DNA of 64,000 bases, taken from assembly GCA_048498135.1 (NCBI GenBank), contig JBEHYO010000001.1, forward strand, positions 45,022 through 109,021, in the 5' to 3' direction. Source of the DNA: Pseudomonadota bacterium (GTDB lineage: Bacteria; Pseudomonadota; Gammaproteobacteria; Xanthomonadales; Rhodanobacteraceae). The notes under the pieces are model-generated. The model had not been told where the DNA came from. It saw nothing but the letters and a program-made list of their open reading frames with translations, and ran no database searches. Positions 8,532 to 16,449 of this stretch are shown here, in pieces; the first letter of the stretch is position 1; every line of letters starts with the position of its first letter. Made by a program: the position numbers and the translations under genes.

Positions 8532-10111
8532 CGAGCGCGTCGCCGATCGTTTCGCACGGCCGGCGCAGCGGACTTTCGTCCGAGGTCGCGCGCCTGCTCG
8601 ATCGGGCGGGCGGCTTTCTCGACCGTCGCGATGCGGCAGGCGCCGCGCCGCTGATCGCCGGCGCGCTCGCGCTGGCGCCCGACCATCCCGAAGTGCTCCG
8701 GCTCGCCGCGGTGGCGGCCGTGCTCGAAGGCCGGCCGGCCGAGGCCGTCGCGGCGCTGCGGCGCGCGCTGGCCGCGCGGCCCGACGATGCGCTGCTGTAC
8801 AACAATCTCGGCAGCGCGCTCGCCGCGGCCGGCGACGGCGACGGCGCGATCGAGGCGTTCCGCCATGCATCCGCGCTCGCGCCGGGGCTCGCCGCGTCCT
8901 GGTACAACCTCGGCAAGACGCTGAAGGTGCGGGGCGAATCGGCCGCGGCCGACGACGCGCTCGCGCGCGCGGTCGCCCTCGCACCCGGGCACGTGCCCGC
9001 ACGGATCGTCCGGGGCGACAACCTGAAGGCGCTCGGCCGCATCGACGAGGCCGCAGCCGCGTACCGCGCGGCGATCGCGCGCGATCCGATCGCGGCCCAT
9101 GCTTGGTGGGGACTGGCGAACCTCAAGACCATCCGCTTCGACGCCGCCGACGTCGCCGCGCTCGAACGCGCGTTCGCCCAGTCGCGCGCCCACGACCGGC
9201 CCGCGCTCGGATTCGCGCTCGCCAAGGCGCTGGAGGACCAGGATCGCTACGCCGACGCATTCGCGGTGCTCGAAGCGGCGAATGCGCTGCGGCGGGATCA
9301 GCAGCGCTGGGACGCGGCCGGATTCCGCCGCGAGGTGGACGCCATCGTCGCGGCGTTCTCGACGCCCGCGCCCGCGCCGGCGTCGGCGCTCGGAAGCGAG
9401 GTCATCTTCATCGTCAGCCTGCCGCGCGCGGGATCGACGCTGGTCGAGCAGATCGTCGCGGCCCATGCCGAGGTGGAGGGTGCCGGCGAGCTGCCGGATC
9501 TTTCGATCGTGATCGAGGAGGAATCGCGCCGGCGCGGCACGCCGTTTCCCGGCTGGGTCGGCGAGGCGGACGCGGACGACTGGCGGCGGCTCGGCGAGCG
9601 CTATCTCGAGCGCACGGCGCGCTGGCGCCGACGGCGACCGCGGTTTACGGACAAATCGCTGCTCAATGTGCCCTACGTCGGCGCCGCCGCGGCGATGCTG
9701 CCGGGGGCGCGCTTCATCGATTGCCGGCGCGATCCGGTCGAGACGGCGCTCTCGTGCTACCGGCAATGGTTCGCGCAGGGCCAGGCCTGGAGCTACGCGG
9801 TCGACGACATCGCCGCGCACGCGCAGGGACACGAGCGGCTCATGGCGGCCTGGCGCGCGCGCATCCCGGCGGCTTTGCACACGATCGTCCACGAAACGCT
9901 CCTGGACCGGCCGGAAGCCTCGATCCGGGCCCTTCTCGACTTCTGCGGCCTCGACTTCGACGCGGGCTGCCTCGAGTTTCACCGGAGCGCCCGCAGCGTG
10001 CGGACGGCGAGCGCCGCGCAGGTCCGCGAGCCCCTCCGGCGGGATACCCGCCGAGCCGATCACTATGGCGCGCTGCTCGATCCGTTGCGTCGCGCACTGG
10101 ATGCCTCATGA
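8528..10111 (+). CDS. TPR repeat-containing sulfotransferase family protein (paralog 6)
   Basis: Same frame as ORF 8384..10111. GTG at 8528 overlaps the TGA of paralog 5 (GTGA), a translational-coupling layout. Motifs HPEVLRLAAV, SWYNLGKTLKVRG, SLPRAGSTLVEQIVAAHA, RRDPVETALSCYRQWF and VRTASAAQVREPLRRDTRR. Confidence 0.8.
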   Translation: MTSASPIVSHGRRSGLSSEVARLLDRAGGFLDRRDAAGAAPLIAGALALAPDHPEVLRLAAVAAVLEGRPAEAVAALRRALAARPDDALLYNNLGSALAAAGDGDGAIEAFRHASALAPGLAASWYNLGKTLKVRGESAAADDALARAVALAPGHVPARIVRGDNLKALGRIDEAAAAYRAAIARDPIAAHAWWGLANLKTIRFDAADVAALERAFAQSRAHDRPALGFALAKALEDQDRYADAFAVLEAANALRRDQQRWDAAGFRREVDAIVAAFSTPAPAPASALGSEVIFIVSLPRAGSTLVEQIVAAHAEVEGAGELPDLSIVIEEESRRRGTPFPGWVGEADADDWRRLGERYLERTARWRRRRPRFTDKSLLNVPYVGAAAAMLPGARFIDCRRDPVETALSCYRQWFAQGQAWSYAVDDIAAHAQGHERLMAAWRARIPAALHTIVHETLLDRPEASIRALLDFCGLDFDAGCLEFHRSARSVRTASAAQVREPLRRDTRRADHYGALLDPLRRALDAS

Positions 10112-10114
10112 AAC

Positions 10115-10154
10115 GCAACTAGAAGTTGCATGAAGCATCGCGTGGAGCTTCATG
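10115..10154 (+). terminator. Two adjacent hairpins right after the last sulfotransferase gene (possible operon terminator or RNA structure)
   Basis: GCAACT-aga-AGTTGC (10115..10129) is followed by CATGAAGC-N10-GCTTCATG (10129..10154). They start 4 nt after the stop at 10111. There is no strong U-tract, so the call is weak. Confidence 0.3.
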
Positions 10155-10493
10155 AAGCGTTTCGATTAGACGTTCAGGCAATTCAGAGTTCACGACGGCG
10201 CGCGTTCTGTCGCGCGCGCGATTCCCGATGCTGCGCGCCGGCTCGGATTCGAGCGATTCGATGGGCTTTTTTGCGCCGGTTTTGGCGCAACGACAGCGTA
10301 TTCGCCCCGTGGTGCACTGCGGTATCGAAAGCAGTCTCGCGGCACCCGGCTCGTACATGTTCGCAGCGCTTGAAACCGGGCGCGACAACGGGTGTCGAAA
10401 GAGGTTCAAAAGTCGTTGCAAATCTTGTTCGCACTCTGTTACGTTCCCCGCGCTGTACCGCCCATCACCAACTCATGGGGAGTAGTGACGCTC

Positions 10494-13400
10494 ATGCGCA
10501 AGAGCACAATAGCAATTGGTATTGCGGCGGCCCTGTCAACACAAGCGTTCGTCACCGCGACGAATGCCGATGCGGCCGTCAAAGGTAAGCACCCGCAGAA
10601 AGCCTCCGGGCCCGTCCACCAAACCGCCCACTTCAAGTACCCGAATCATTCGAGCCCGAGTGGCAGCACCGTTCTGTATGACCAGTCGGGCACTGCAGAA
10701 ATCGGTTTCCCGTCCCAGAACTTCGAATCCTCCTACGATGCGTTCGATTCGGCTGGCGCCGACGACTTCGTCGTCTCGGATGCCAACGGCTGGGATGTCA
10801 GTGCATTCAATTTCCAGATTCTCGGCACGGGCGATCCGACGCTCGCGAACTGGACCATCAACGTCTATCCGGACGCGGGCGGCCTGCCCGGCGCCTCGAC
10901 GGTCTGCAGCTACAACGCGATCCCGGGCGTCCTCGACGGCTCGCTCTCGAGCGTCAGCGTCGCACTGCCGAGCACGTGCCATCTCGATCCCGGAACCTAC
11001 TGGTTCTCGGAAGTCGCCGAGCTCGACTTCGCGGTCGGCGGCCAGGTGTTCTGGATGGCCGATTCGCGTTCGCCGACACCCGGCGCCGACCTTGCCTGGG
11101 AAAATCCGGGCGACGGCTTCGGCCTCGGCTGCACGACGTGGACCGACAACGCAAGCTGCGGCGCCGGTAGCGGCCTCGTCACGGCGCTGTTCCAGGTCGT
11201 CGGCGCGGTAGGCACGGGCGGCGGCACGTGCGGTGCGGGTCAGCTCTGCCTCGTCTCGACGGTCGGTACCGACCTCTCGGCGGGCGCGTGCGGCACCGCC
11301 GACACGATCGATGCGACGAACGGCGATCAGCTGAACTTCTGCTACACGATCACGAACAACACCGGCGTCACGCTGAACTACCACACGCTGCAGAACAACG
11401 TCGACGGCACGCTATTCACGCTGTTGAACCAGGCGGTTCCGGACGGCGGCACGTTCCAGTACAACCACATCGAGACAGTCAGCGCGACCAACACGTGGAA
11501 CTCGACGTGGACGGCGCAGGACGTTCCGCCGGGCTACGCGCCGACGGTCGAGACCGGCGGCGGCGGCGGTTGCGCCGATCGCATCTTCGCGGACGGCTTC
11601 GACGGCACGCCGCTGCCCTGTCCGGGCGGCAGCAACTTCGTCGACATCTCCGGCACGGGCACTGCGCTCGGCAACGGCGATGACGAGGCGATCGCGGTCA
11701 CGATGCCGTTCTCGTTCAATTACTACGGCACGTCGAACAACAACCTCTGCGTCGACAACAACGGCTTCATCCTGTTCAACACGACGAACTGCCCGACGTT
11801 CGGTCTCTATACGAACGTCTCGCTGCCGACGACCTCGTTCACCGCGCCGGCGATCATGCCGCTGTGGGACGACTTCGACAGCTCTTCGGGCAACGTGTAC
11901 ACGGATATCCGCGGCACCTCGCCGAACCGTCAGTTCATCGTCGAGTGGTACCAGCGCACTCACTACTCCGGCAACACCGATTCGGCAACGTTCGAAGTGA
12001 TCTTCAACGAAGCCGACGGCACGCTGCAGTTCGAGTACGCCGACGTGGATTACACCGGTGCCAACAACTCGTCGGGCGATCCCGACGTGTGCAACGGCGG
12101 TGTCTGCGCGACGATTGGCCTGCAGAACGATCCGACGCTGTACAACCAGTTCTCGGCGTTCGAAGCTTCGGTGACGAACAACTCGGGCATCCTCTGGACC
12201 CCGACGAACCCGCAGGTCTTCACCGGCACCGATTCGGTCACGGTCAACGTCGGCCAGCCGACGATCGTCGTCAACAACGGCGCGCCGATCACGGGCACGG
12301 TACCGGCAGGCGGGACGAACTCGATCCAGTTCCCGATCGCCAACACCGGCAACCGCGATCTCAACTGGTCGCTGACCGAAGCCGGCCCTGCGAATCTGCA
12401 CTTCCCGCCGCCGGGCACGCGCTTTGCGATGCCGATGGGCGATCCGTCGCTCACCACGTCGCGTCCCGTTCCGCTGGGTCTGCGTCATCCGGACACGAAG
12501 CCGCACCACCCGCTCAGCATCCCGGGCCATGTCAACGGCACGGTGCCGATGTTCGCGGCCGACATCTACAACAACCAGTTCGTCAAGCTCGACGCGCTCA
12601 ACCCCGGAACGGTGAACACGGTCGCTGCGACCGACGGCACGCCGTGGACCGGCGGTGCGTTCGTCGACGGCGACTTCTCGAAGTTGTACGTCATCTCGGG
12701 CAGCTTCGGCGCCAATCCGGATACGTTCGCGTCGGTCGACACGACGACGGGTGCCGTGACCACGATCGGCAACGCGAACAGCGGCGGCCTTGGCTGGAAC
12801 GGCATGGCGTATGACACGACGACCGGCACGATGTACGCGGTCGCGGGTTGTCCGTCGGGCTCGCACCTCTACACCGTCGACATCAACACCGGTGCGGTGA
12901 CCGAGGTCGGCACGATGACGAACGAGGGCTGCTCGGTGTCGATCGCGATCGACTCGGCCGGCCAGATGTACTCGGTCGACATCGTCAACGACGCGCTGTA
13001 TGCGGTCGACAAGACCAACGCGACCGATTCGCTGATCGGCAGCATCGGCTTCAACGCGAACTATGCGCAGGAAATGACCTTCGACCTGTCGACGGACATC
13101 CTGTACTACGCCGCGTTCAACCTCGATCTGTTCGGCGACTTCATGTACACGGTCGACACCACCGACGGCACGACGAGCCTCATCGGCCAGGTCACCGGCG
13201 GCTTCGCCGAGCTCGACGGCATGGGCATCGAGACCGCGGGTGGTCCGTGCGCACAGCCGCAGGATCTGCCGTGGCTCTCGCTCAGCCCGCTCACCGGCAC
13301 GACGGCACCCGGCGATTCCACGCCGATCACGGCGTCGCTCGACGGTACGGGCGCGTCCGATGGCGACGTGCTCTCCGGCACGGTCTGCGCGACGAGCAAC

Positions 13401-13910
13401 GATCCGGCCAACCGCACGGTTGCCACGCCGATCAACGTTACGGTCGGTACGGGCGGCGGCGGTTCGGTCATCGACAGCGGCCCCATCAACCTGGCGGTGA
13501 ATCCGGACTTCACGGGTCTCTACATCAACTGGCTGACGGGCGACTGGTGCTCGTCGAGCGGCGGTCCGTGCGATGGTTCGGGCGGTTACGACTTCAATCC
13601 GTACAGCTCGACGCTGACGTTCTTCTGGCCGAGCGACAACAGCGGCAACTGCGTATCGGATGGGACCTCGTGCCTCATCCTGAACTCGGGCGCCACGATC
13701 GGTCCGGCTTCGACGTTCGGCACCAGCAACTCGGCGAACTTCGTCGGCGGCAACACGACCGGCTTCCTCGGATTCTCGTTCATCAACGCGAACACGAGCA
13801 CGGTCAACTACGGCTACGCGAAGTTCACGACGACGGCCGGAACGGGTTATCCGGCGACCATCGTCGAATACTGGTATGACAACTCCGGCGCGGCGATCAA
13901 CATCCCGTAA
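10494..13910 (+). CDS. Large Sec-secreted multidomain protein (1,138 aa) of unknown function
   Basis: ATG at 10494 is preceded by GGGGAG about 11 nt upstream. Signal peptide MRKSTIAIGIAAALSTQAFVTATNADA. An internal segment (AIMPLWDDFDSSSGNVYTDIRG...FIVEWYQRTHY...TFEVIFNEADGTLQFEY) resembles nidogen-like NIDO domains. It also has two Ig-like 'SNDP' modules, a repeated 'LY(A/T)VD...G' beta-propeller-like region, an ADRIFADGFDG linker and G-rich linkers. Composition is Gly/Thr/Asn/Asp-rich, typical of extracellular proteins. Confidence 0.8.
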   Translation: MRKSTIAIGIAAALSTQAFVTATNADAAVKGKHPQKASGPVHQTAHFKYPNHSSPSGSTVLYDQSGTAEIGFPSQNFESSYDAFDSAGADDFVVSDANGWDVSAFNFQILGTGDPTLANWTINVYPDAGGLPGASTVCSYNAIPGVLDGSLSSVSVALPSTCHLDPGTYWFSEVAELDFAVGGQVFWMADSRSPTPGADLAWENPGDGFGLGCTTWTDNASCGAGSGLVTALFQVVGAVGTGGGTCGAGQLCLVSTVGTDLSAGACGTADTIDATNGDQLNFCYTITNNTGVTLNYHTLQNNVDGTLFTLLNQAVPDGGTFQYNHIETVSATNTWNSTWTAQDVPPGYAPTVETGGGGGCADRIFADGFDGTPLPCPGGSNFVDISGTGTALGNGDDEAIAVTMPFSFNYYGTSNNNLCVDNNGFILFNTTNCPTFGLYTNVSLPTTSFTAPAIMPLWDDFDSSSGNVYTDIRGTSPNRQFIVEWYQRTHYSGNTDSATFEVIFNEADGTLQFEYADVDYTGANNSSGDPDVCNGGVCATIGLQNDPTLYNQFSAFEASVTNNSGILWTPTNPQVFTGTDSVTVNVGQPTIVVNNGAPITGTVPAGGTNSIQFPIANTGNRDLNWSLTEAGPANLHFPPPGTRFAMPMGDPSLTTSRPVPLGLRHPDTKPHHPLSIPGHVNGTVPMFAADIYNNQFVKLDALNPGTVNTVAATDGTPWTGGAFVDGDFSKLYVISGSFGANPDTFASVDTTTGAVTTIGNANSGGLGWNGMAYDTTTGTMYAVAGCPSGSHLYTVDINTGAVTEVGTMTNEGCSVSIAIDSAGQMYSVDIVNDALYAVDKTNATDSLIGSIGFNANYAQEMTFDLSTDILYYAAFNLDLFGDFMYTVDTTDGTTSLIGQVTGGFAELDGMGIETAGGPCAQPQDLPWLSLSPLTGTTAPGDSTPITASLDGTGASDGDVLSGTVCATSNDPANRTVATPINVTVGTGGGGSVIDSGPINLAVNPDFTGLYINWLTGDWCSSSGGPCDGSGGYDFNPYSSTLTFFWPSDNSGNCVSDGTSCLILNSGATIGPASTFGTSNSANFVGGNTTGFLGFSFINANTSTVNYGYAKFTTTAGTGYPATIVEYWYDNSGAAINIP

Positions 13911-13935
13911 TCGCACCGGAACCTGAAGCACTTGC

Positions 13936-13967
13936 AGAGGCGGGGGAAACCCCGCCTCTTTTTCTTT
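13936..13967 (+). terminator. Rho-independent terminator of the large secreted-protein gene
   Basis: AGAGGCGGGG-GAAA-CCCCGCCTCT, a perfect 10-bp GC-rich stem with a GNRA loop, is followed by TTTTTCTTT. It starts about 26 nt after the stop at 13910. Confidence 0.75.
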
Positions 13968-14058
13968 GCGCGGCCGGTTCATGCAGGCGCGCGCCGCAGG
14001 CGAACGCGCGCTCCCGCCTACGCATGCCCCGCACGACCGTGCTTGATATGCTCGCGCG

Positions 14059-14724
14059 ATGAGCGACATGTCCACGCCCCCCCGCATCGCCGAGCGCTTC
14101 CGCGGCTTCCTGCCCGTCATCGTCGATGTCGAGACCGGCGGCTTCGACGTCGAGCGCCATGCGCTGCTCGAGATCGCGGCCGTCGTCGTGCGCATGGACG
14201 AGGAAGGGATGATCCATCCCGAGCCCGTCGTTTCGACGCACGTGCAGCCGTTCGAAGGCTCCGAGCTCGATCCGCGCTCGATGGAGATCACCGGCATCGA
14301 CCCCCACCACCCGTTTCGCGCCGCGCTGCCGGAACGGCAGGCGCTCGACCACATCTTCGGGCCGGTTCGCCGGGCCGTGCGCGATGCCGGCTGCCAGCGC
14401 GCGATCCTGGTCGGGCACAACGCCGCGTTCGACGTCGCGGTGCTGAACGCGGCGATCCGGCGCACGCAGCACAAGAAGAGCCCGTTCCACCCGTTCAGCT
14501 GCTTCGACACCGTGACGCTCGGCGGCCTCGCCTACGGCCAGACCGTGCTGAGCCGCGCCGTCGAGGCATCGGGACAGCGCTGGGACAGCCGCGAGGCGCA
14601 CGCGGCGGTCTACGACGCCGAGCGCACGGCCGAGCTCTTCTGCAGCGTCGTGAACCGCTGGAGGGAGATGAACGAGCTCTGGCGCAACCGTCAGATCAAG
14701 GCGTACACGGCGCTCCCGACTTGA
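14059..14724 (+). CDS. rnt: Ribonuclease T
   Basis: DEDDh exonuclease motifs ([36 protein letters not shown]). Full-length similarity to RNase T. Confidence 0.9.
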   Translation: MSDMSTPPRIAERFRGFLPVIVDVETGGFDVERHALLEIAAVVVRMDEEGMIHPEPVVSTHVQPFEGSELDPRSMEITGIDPHHPFRAALPERQALDHIFGPVRRAVRDAGCQRAILVGHNAAFDVAVLNAAIRRTQHKKSPFHPFSCFDTVTLGGLAYGQTVLSRAVEASGQRWDSREAHAAVYDAERTAELFCSVVNRWREMNELWRNRQIKAYTALPT

Positions 14725-14755
14725 TCGCAGCGCGCCGCGGGCGCATCTTGCATGC

Positions 14756-15037
14756 ATGCCGATCTACGAATACATGCCCAAGAGCGCCGGCTGTGCGACC
14801 TGCCGCAGCGGCATCGAGCGCCTGCAGAAGCTCTCCGATCCGCCGCTCACCGCATGCCCGGACTGCGGCGCCCCGCTCGAACGCGTGATCAATGCGCCGC
14901 AGGTTGTCGCCGGCCAGTCGCACGTGCTGCGCGAAGGACACCTCGCCAAGCACGGCTTCACGCAATACCGGAAGGTCGGCAAGGGCAAGTACGAAAAGAC
15001 CGCCGGAAACGGCCCGCCGACGATCAGCGACGACTGA
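14756..15037 (+). CDS. FmdB-family zinc-ribbon putative regulatory protein
   Basis: MPIYEYMPKSAGCATC...CPDCGAPLERV: the characteristic MP(I)YEY start and a CxxC...CxxC zinc ribbon. Confidence 0.8.
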   Translation: MPIYEYMPKSAGCATCRSGIERLQKLSDPPLTACPDCGAPLERVINAPQVVAGQSHVLREGHLAKHGFTQYRKVGKGKYEKTAGNGPPTISDD

Positions 15038-15129
15038 CCGAGCGGGCGAAATCGCGCCCGGCTTCAAGATTACGGTCACGTGAAAGCGGCTCAAGGACGT
15101 GACCTATCTCGCTGTTTTGCCTTGTGGAA

Positions 15130-15188
15130 CGGTCACATCGGCGTGTCGCGGCGCCGGTTCTGTCATCTCTGCGAAACAAATCACTCAT
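15130..15188 (+). promoter_or_regulatory. Putative Pho-box region upstream of pstS
   Basis: Pho-box-like heptamers: CGGTCAC (15130), an exact CTGTCAT (15160) and CACTCAT (15182, 22 bp later). CGGTCAC also occurs at 15073, with an inverted copy near 15098. The region lies ~90-145 nt upstream of the pstS GTG. Spacing is not the canonical 11-bp tandem. Confidence 0.35.
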
Positions 15189-15274
15189 CGTTCTGAAACC
15201 TCGCGGGCCTAAAAAACGGCCCGGGGACGGCATCGGCCGCCCGCGATTTTTCCCACTCGCTCGAGGAGCCTCCC

Positions 15275-16300
15275 GTGTTTACTTCGATCAAGACTCGCCT
15301 CATCGGCGTCGGTCTCGCCGCGCTCATCGGTACCGCCGGCATGGCGCAGGCCGCCGACATCACCGGCGCCGGCGCGACGTTCATCTACCCGATCCTCTCC
15401 AAGTGGTCGGACACGTACAACAACAAGACCGGCAACAAGATCAACTACCAGTCGATCGGTTCCGGCGGCGGCATCGCGCAGATCAAGGCCGGCACCGTCG
15501 ACTTCGGCTCGTCGGACAAGCCGCTCGATCCCAAGGAGCTCGACGAGGCGCATCTGGCGCAGTTCCCGTCCGTGATCGGCGGCGTCGTGCCGGTCGCGAA
15601 CATCGAGGGCCTGACGCCGGGCAAGCTCCGCTTCACCGGTCCCCTCCTCGCCGACATCTACCTCGGCAAGATCACCAAGTGGAACGACAAGGCGATCGCG
15701 CAGATCAACCCGGACGTCAAGCTCCCGGACGCGAACATCACGGTCGTGCACCGCTCGGATGGCTCGGGCACGACGTTCAACTGGGTCAACTACCTCTCGA
15801 AGGTCTCGCCGGAGTGGAAGGAAAAGGTCGGCGAAGGCACGTCGGTGCAGTGGCCGGTCGGCGTCGGCGGCAAGGGCAACGAAGGCGTCGCCGCGTACGT
15901 GAACCAGATCAAGGGCTCGATCGGCTACGTCGAGCTCGCCTATGCGCTGCAGAACAAGATGGCGTTCGCGTCGGTGCAGAACAGCGCCGGCAAGTTCGTG
16001 CAGCCGAGCATGGAGAGCTTCCAGGCCGCCGCTGCGAGCGCCGACTGGAAGAACTCGAAGGACTTCTTCCTCGTCATCACGAACGCGCCGGGCGAGAACT
16101 CCTGGCCGATCGCCGCGACGAACTTCATCCTCATCTACAAGCAGCCCAAGGACGCCGCGCGCACGAAGGCCGCGCTCGATTTCTTCAAGTGGGCGTATGC
16201 CGAAGGCGGCAAGCAGGCCGAAGAGCTCGATTACGTGCCGCTGCCGAAGGAACTGACCTCGCAGATCGAGGCGTACTGGAAGTCCGAAATCAAGATGTGA
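15275..16300 (+). CDS. pstS: Phosphate ABC transporter substrate-binding protein PstS
   Basis: GTG start with GAGGAG about 6 nt upstream. Signal peptide ...GTAGMAQA. PstS-typical GAGATFIYPILSKW and SGGGIAQIKAGTVDFGSSD. First gene of pstSCAB-phoU. Confidence 0.95.
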   Translation: MFTSIKTRLIGVGLAALIGTAGMAQAADITGAGATFIYPILSKWSDTYNNKTGNKINYQSIGSGGGIAQIKAGTVDFGSSDKPLDPKELDEAHLAQFPSVIGGVVPVANIEGLTPGKLRFTGPLLADIYLGKITKWNDKAIAQINPDVKLPDANITVVHRSDGSGTTFNWVNYLSKVSPEWKEKVGEGTSVQWPVGVGGKGNEGVAAYVNQIKGSIGYVELAYALQNKMAFASVQNSAGKFVQPSMESFQAAAASADWKNSKDFFLVITNAPGENSWPIAATNFILIYKQPKDAARTKAALDFFKWAYAEGGKQAEELDYVPLPKELTSQIEAYWKSEIKM

Positions 16301-16308
16301 TCGGCGCT

Positions 16309-16422
16309 TTTCCCTTCTCCCGCCTTGCGGGAGAAGGTGCCGAAGGCGGATGAGGGCAACCTCGGAACGCCGTTCCAGAGCTGCCCTCACCCAACCCTCT
16401 CCCGCAAGCGGGAGAGGGGATT
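16309..16422. repeat. Composite palindromic (REP-like) intergenic element, copy 1 (pstS|pstC junction)
   Basis: Terminal hairpins CCTTCTCCCGC-ctt-GCGGGAGAAGG and CCCTCTCCCGC-aa-GCGGGAGAGGG flank an inner inverted pair GAGGGCA...TGCCCTC. The architecture matches the element at 19127..19228. Confidence 0.65.
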
Positions 16423-16449
16423 TCGTTTCCAGCGTTCGATCTCGAGCAC

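Noticed and set aside
3323-10063. Very long antisense ORFs mirroring the sulfotransferase genes (3323..5170, 5186..6736, 6747..9002 and 8480..10063, all minus strand).
   Set aside because: Their Arg/Ala/Gly/Glu-dominated low-complexity translations have no recognisable motifs. They sit exactly opposite genes with clear family motifs. This is typical GC-rich shadow-frame behaviour and not evidence of coding.
11412-14510. 1,032-aa minus-strand ORF opposite the large secreted-protein gene and rnt. Similar giants occur elsewhere: 19894..21927 (-), 22004..24265 (+), 26904..29018 (-), 39244..41805 (-), 47365..50781 (+) and 53247..55298 (-).
   Set aside because: All are R/A/D/E/V-rich shadow frames overlapping genes with strong homology-type signatures on the other strand. 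No start context or domain signature supports them.
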